Source of the DNA: an uncultured Candidatus Binatia bacterium
Lineage (GTDB): Bacteria > Desulfobacterota > Binatia > Bin18
DNA: 64,000 nucleotides
Assembly (NCBI GenBank): GCA_965214605.1
Contig: OZ243961.1
Coordinates: 1,120,001-1,184,000 of the forward strand
Reading direction: 5' to 3'
Part shown: positions 60,418-64,000 of the stretch, in pieces
Numbering within the stretch: position 1 is the first letter of the stretch
Layout of the letters: each line of letters begins with the position of its first letter
The notes under the pieces: model-generated
What the model saw: the letters and a program-made list of their open reading frames with translations, nothing else
What the model was told of the DNA's origin: nothing
The model's database searches: none
Position numbers and translations under genes: made by a program

Positions 60418-61035
60418 TCAGGCCGCAAATCCGATCTTTACCTCCTCATAGCTAGGCCGCTGCTTCAGCCGCTGATGCCAGGCGGCAACGTTCGGAAACG
60501 GGCTAAAATCAACGCCCGCCCGCTCAGCCAGGGTGAGGAAAGGCGTGAAAGTCAGATCGACAATACCGTGTTCGTCCATTAGGTAGTCCCGCCCGTCCAG
60601 CTGCCCTTCAAGGCGCGGCAGCAGAGCTGCCAGCTTTTCCTGGTTGTGCCGAATCTTCTCCGTATTCTGCTCTTCGGCCGGTTTGCGTTTTTCGTACATC
60701 AGGCTCAGCACCGGTGGAACGAACTGACTGTTACAAAACTCGACCCACAAACGCATCTCGGCCTTGGCCCGACCGTCTATGGGAGCCAGCCGGGGCATGG
60801 GATATCGCTCTTCGAGGTATTCGTTGCACAGGGCGGATTCAACCACCCAGGCATCTTCTTCAACTAGCACCGGAACCTTGCCGTACGGATTGAGGGCCAA
60901 AAACCAAGCTTGTTTTTGTTCCTTGCTGGGCAGGTCGATAAGGATCCGCTCAAAATCGAGATCTTTTTCCTTGAGAACGATCCTCGTTCTCATGGCGAAC
61001 GGTCAGGCTAGATAGTCAAATAACTTGCGGTTCAT
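60418..61035 (-). CDS. glutathione S-transferase family protein with predicted selenocysteine at codon 11 (205 aa)
   Basis: AAGGAGG RBS, MNRKLFDYLA-UGA-PFAMRTRIVL in frame with the GST body (NPYGKVPVL, ES..CNEYLEE). Confidence 0.85.
60972..60992 (-). promoter_or_regulatory. bacterial SECIS-like hairpin
   Basis: TGAGAACGA-GGA-TCGTTCTCA perfect 9-bp stem starting 10 nt after the UGA. Confidence 0.7.
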
Positions 61036-61082
61036 AGACGCCTCCTTACTTATCCTGTGGAATACGAGCAGCCCGTGTGCGA

Positions 61083-61111
61083 ACACTAGGAAAGCACGCA
61101 TTCAGAGTCAA
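61083..61111 (-). promoter_or_regulatory. sigma-70-type promoter of the GST gene
   Basis: TTGACT-17 nt-TAGTGT on the minus strand. Confidence 0.4.
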
Positions 61112-61144
61112 GTGTTCTGGCCGCTCAGGCTTGTCCAGAGCGGA

Positions 61145-61609
61145 TTAAATCTCATACATCAGCGCTTGGCCTGACCGCCGCCGGTCTTCTTCGGCCCGCC
61201 GACATAAATCGGCCAGCGTAAATTGACCACAGCCCGCCACCACAGCCCGCCTGACTTCTGTCATCACCTCACGCAGCCAACAGTGCTCAAAACTGGGACA
61301 GTCCGGACACTTGACCGCCACCTCAGTATCCGCGCACGGCAGCGGCGCAAACGGTCCCTCGACCGCCTGGATAATGTCGCCTAGTGTGACCTGGGCCGGT
61401 GCGGTTTGCAGCGTGTAGCCCCCGGCTTTCCCCCGGCTGCTGTGGACAAGACCGGCTTTTTTCAGAGCTAGCAGGACTTGTTCCAGGAATTTTTTGGGAA
61501 TGTTTTCCTGGCCGGCAATCTGCCGAATGGATAACACCGGCGGCGCCCCGGGTGCGCCCAAACATGTCAGGGCGCGGAGCGCATACTCCGCTTTTTTTGA
61601 CAGCTTCAT
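61145..61609 (-). CDS. Rrf2-family transcriptional regulator
   Basis: YALRAL, IPKKFLEQ, SRGKAGGY, VEGP motifs; C-x8-C-x2-C-x5-C; C-terminal MYEI. Confidence 0.92.
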   Translation of the reverse strand: MKLSKKAEYALRALTCLGAPGAPPVLSIRQIAGQENIPKKFLEQVLLALKKAGLVHSSRGKAGGYTLQTAPAQVTLGDIIQAVEGPFAPLPCADTEVAVKCPDCPSFEHCWLREVMTEVRRAVVAGCGQFTLADLCRRAEEDRRRSGQALMYEI

Positions 61610-61634
61610 AATGTCTATTTAAATTGTAGACAAT
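61610..61634. promoter_or_regulatory. putative Rrf2 operator, copy 1
   Basis: AATGTCTA-N9-TAGACAAT abutting the rrf2 start codon and overlapping its putative promoter. Confidence 0.65.
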
Positions 61635-62417
61635 AAGATGTCAAAGCCTATGCAGACGGTTCGTACTCAGATTTCCCTCAGTGCGGAGTTCTTGGGGGTA
61701 AACTCGTGTGTCTGCAGCCGCTCTTAACATTACACTCGCCGAATACACAGTCACCTCGTGGCTTCTGGCCGAGTCTCTCGAAGCGTCGGCCGTTCGAGCT
61801 CAGTCCGTCGGAAGGCACTGCTTATCGGCAGCGAAGAAAGCTCGAATGAGCGGAGAAACGGCTGGTGCCGGGAAGCACCGCCATTCCGCGACGGCAGGCT
61901 TGAGTCTCTTTGTGGACAGCTCAGCCCGCTATGCCACTGCTGAGGGCACGACCAACAAAATGGACGTGCGAAGCGGCTTCTGACACTGGACGAACGGCTT
62001 GTTTCAAACGCTCACGTTTCGGTTGAGACTTGGCGTCTCATCCGCCATTTTATCCCCACCTAATACGGCGGAAACCTTTAGCGCGAACCTCGAAGCCGCG
62101 CCTGTATCAGTATAGAACGGCTCGACATGCCGCGTCTCATTCACCACGACAACGATTTTGCCATCTGTCTGAACTACTGAGGTACAAATGCTGTCTGGAA
62201 TACCTCATAGTCATGCAAGCGCGATAGAGACTAGGCCGGGCTAGCACGGAAACTGCTGCCCAACCTCATACTGGACCTAGACGTCGACCCGGTAGAGGAG
62301 CAGTGACGGTCGACCAAGTCGACGCCTACCGGTCATCTCCTTAATAGAAGGCAAGTGGCCCTCGATCGTTTTGCCAATTGACTCAATCTCGCTCTTACGG
62401 AGAATCCGTAAACCGGC

Positions 62418-62445
62418 TTGACACATGGACCGCAATAGTCATAAT
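62418..62445 (+). promoter_or_regulatory. sigma-70-type promoter of the sulfite reductase
   Basis: TTGACA-16 nt-CATAAT. Confidence 0.65.
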
Positions 62446-62459
62446 CACAGTATCCCCTT

Positions 62460-62484
62460 AATATCTATAGAATTAGTAGATATT
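62460..62484. promoter_or_regulatory. putative Rrf2 operator, copy 2
   Basis: Perfect inverted repeat AATATCTA-N9-TAGATATT between the promoter and the GGAGG RBS. Confidence 0.7.
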
Positions 62485-62498
62485 CACGGAGGCTATGG

Positions 62499-64000
62499 AT
62501 GGCAAACGGAACTCAAGAAAGCCCGTCGGCATCTCCAGAGGTGAAAGTCGGGACGCTAGACAATCCAGAGATTTATCAGAACGTTCCCGGCCACGTCATT
62601 CCCATTCTTGAACAAGAATTCGACGACTTTGACACTGAGACCCAAAAATTTCTGAGGGCTGAGGCAGAGGCGGGGGTTTTCATGGGCTTCCGCCTGCGCC
62701 AAGGCGTGTATGGCCAGCGTCAACCAAACGCTCAAATGCTTCGGGTCAAGCTCCCCTTTGGCGGGGTGAGTCCGGGCCAGTTCGACGTCTTGGCCGATTT
62801 GGCCGAGCAGTACGCCCCGCTCAAAAAAGGTCATATTACCACCCGCCAGAACGTACAGTTTCACCATATCCCACTGCTCGAGGCAGCCAAGGCCCTTCGC
62901 ATGCTGGGCACTCACGACCTGTCCACCCGCGAAGCGTGTGGTAACACTGTCCGCAATGTGGTGTGCGACCCGTTTGCTGGGGTGGCACCGGGGGAATTGT
63001 TTGACCCTACCCCGTATGCCGGGGCCCTGGTACGCTACTTTATCCGCAACCCGCTCACCCAAAATTTGCCCCGCAAATTCAAGGTGGCGTTTTCCAGCAC
63101 TGATCAAGACCTAGGGGTTTCAGGTATTCATGACCTAGGCCTTATCCCCCGGATTAAAGATGGCCAAAAAGGCTTTGAGATCCGGACTGGGGGCGGCACC
63201 TCTATTATGCCCAGGATCGCCTACTGCCTGTACCCCTTTGTGTCGGTCAATGCCTATCTCAAGGTGGCCGAGGCCATAGTGCGTATTTTCAACCGGAGCG
63301 ATGAACTGCGCGTCAACCGGGCCCGGGCCCGCATTAAGTTCCTGATCGACCGTATCGGGATTGATGCGTTCCGTGAGCAGGTCGACAAAGAAATGCAGGG
63401 GGACTGGGTAGCGGAACGCAACTTTGATCCTACGCCGCTCCAGTTTATGGACGAGGAAGAGGCCCGGGCACCCGAAAAACCGGCCAATCCCGGCAGCCCC
63501 AACGGTGACCAACAGGCTTTCAACGCCTGGCTCACTTCAAATGTCCGGCCCCAGCGTCAGACCGGATTTTCCACGGCCGAGGTCAAAGTGTCGCGCGGCG
63601 ATCTGAGTCCCGAACAGTTTCGGGGGCTGGCCCAGATGATGCGCGATTTCAGCGGTGGTAACGCCCGGACCACAGACGAGCAAAATGTCATCCTACGCTG
63701 GGTTCGCAACGAGAGTCTGTACGATGTCTGGACCCGACTCACGGCTCTTGACTTGGGCCAGGCCGGGGCGCGGCAGATCACCGACGTGGTCAGCTGCCCA
63801 GGGACCGAGAGCTGCAAGCTCGGCATCACCAACTCAATGGGCTTGGCAGCTGCGGTACAGCAACGCCTAGAAGATCTCCAGATCGACGATCCCCTGACCC
63901 AACAGCTCCATATCAAACTGAGCGGTTGTCCTAACGGCTGCGGACGGCACCATATTGCTAATATCGGCTTTTATGGCGCAGCCATGAAGTTCGATGGACG
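62499..64000 (+). CDS. siroheme/4Fe-4S sulfite (or nitrite) reductase, 3'-truncated; absent from ORF track
   Basis: FRLRQGVYGQRQ, HITTRQNVQ, LPRKFK, SCPGTESC and SGCPNGC motifs; GGAGG RBS. Confidence 0.92.
   Translation, partial: MANGTQESPSASPEVKVGTLDNPEIYQNVPGHVIPILEQEFDDFDTETQKFLRAEAEAGVFMGFRLRQGVYGQRQPNAQMLRVKLPFGGVSPGQFDVLADLAEQYAPLKKGHITTRQNVQFHHIPLLEAAKALRMLGTHDLSTREACGNTVRNVVCDPFAGVAPGELFDPTPYAGALVRYFIRNPLTQNLPRKFKVAFSSTDQDLGVSGIHDLGLIPRIKDGQKGFEIRTGGGTSIMPRIAYCLYPFVSVNAYLKVAEAIVRIFNRSDELRVNRARARIKFLIDRIGIDAFREQVDKEMQGDWVAERNFDPTPLQFMDEEEARAPEKPANPGSPNGDQQAFNAWLTSNVRPQRQTGFSTAEVKVSRGDLSPEQFRGLAQMMRDFSGGNARTTDEQNVILRWVRNESLYDVWTRLTALDLGQAGARQITDVVSCPGTESCKLGITNSMGLAAAVQQRLEDLQIDDPLTQQLHIKLSGCPNGCGRHHIANIGFYGAAMKFDG

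Noticed and set aside
62556-63916. Minus-strand ORFs listed at the right end
   Set aside because: They are antisense to the sulfite reductase, which the ORF track missed because it has no stop in the window.

Overview
Bacterial chromosomal window of roughly 60% GC (estimated by eye). The gene order tilS-ftsH-cdaA-cdaR-glmM-nnr-tsaE-lysC-cimA suggests a deltaproteobacteria-like diderm, possibly Binatia (inference). It carries housekeeping genes, a peptide-type ABC importer divergent from a homocysteine S-methyltransferase, an F420 cluster (cofG-cofH-cofD-cofE), a single-enzyme squalene synthase, tandem APH-type kinases with a histidine phosphatase, an ATP-grasp/alpha-E/transglutaminase system, a class III/IV-like PHA synthase pair, two tRNAs, and an Rrf2 regulator divergent from a partial sulfite/nitrite reductase. 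The strongest signal missed by the ORF track is a glutathione S-transferase whose catalytic Cys codon is an in-frame UGA followed by a SECIS-like hairpin, i.e. a probable selenoprotein, lying next to the Rrf2/sulfur locus. Other signals: two matching palindromic operators around the Rrf2 gene, three sigma-54-type promoters in the 42.6-49.4 kb block (one driving a candidate ~100-nt sRNA), a probable in-frame deletion scar of folP, a 33-aa membrane protein, and several pseudogenes suggesting genome erosion. No CRISPR array, rRNA or intact mobile element was seen. All calls are from motif recognition by eye; no database searches were run.
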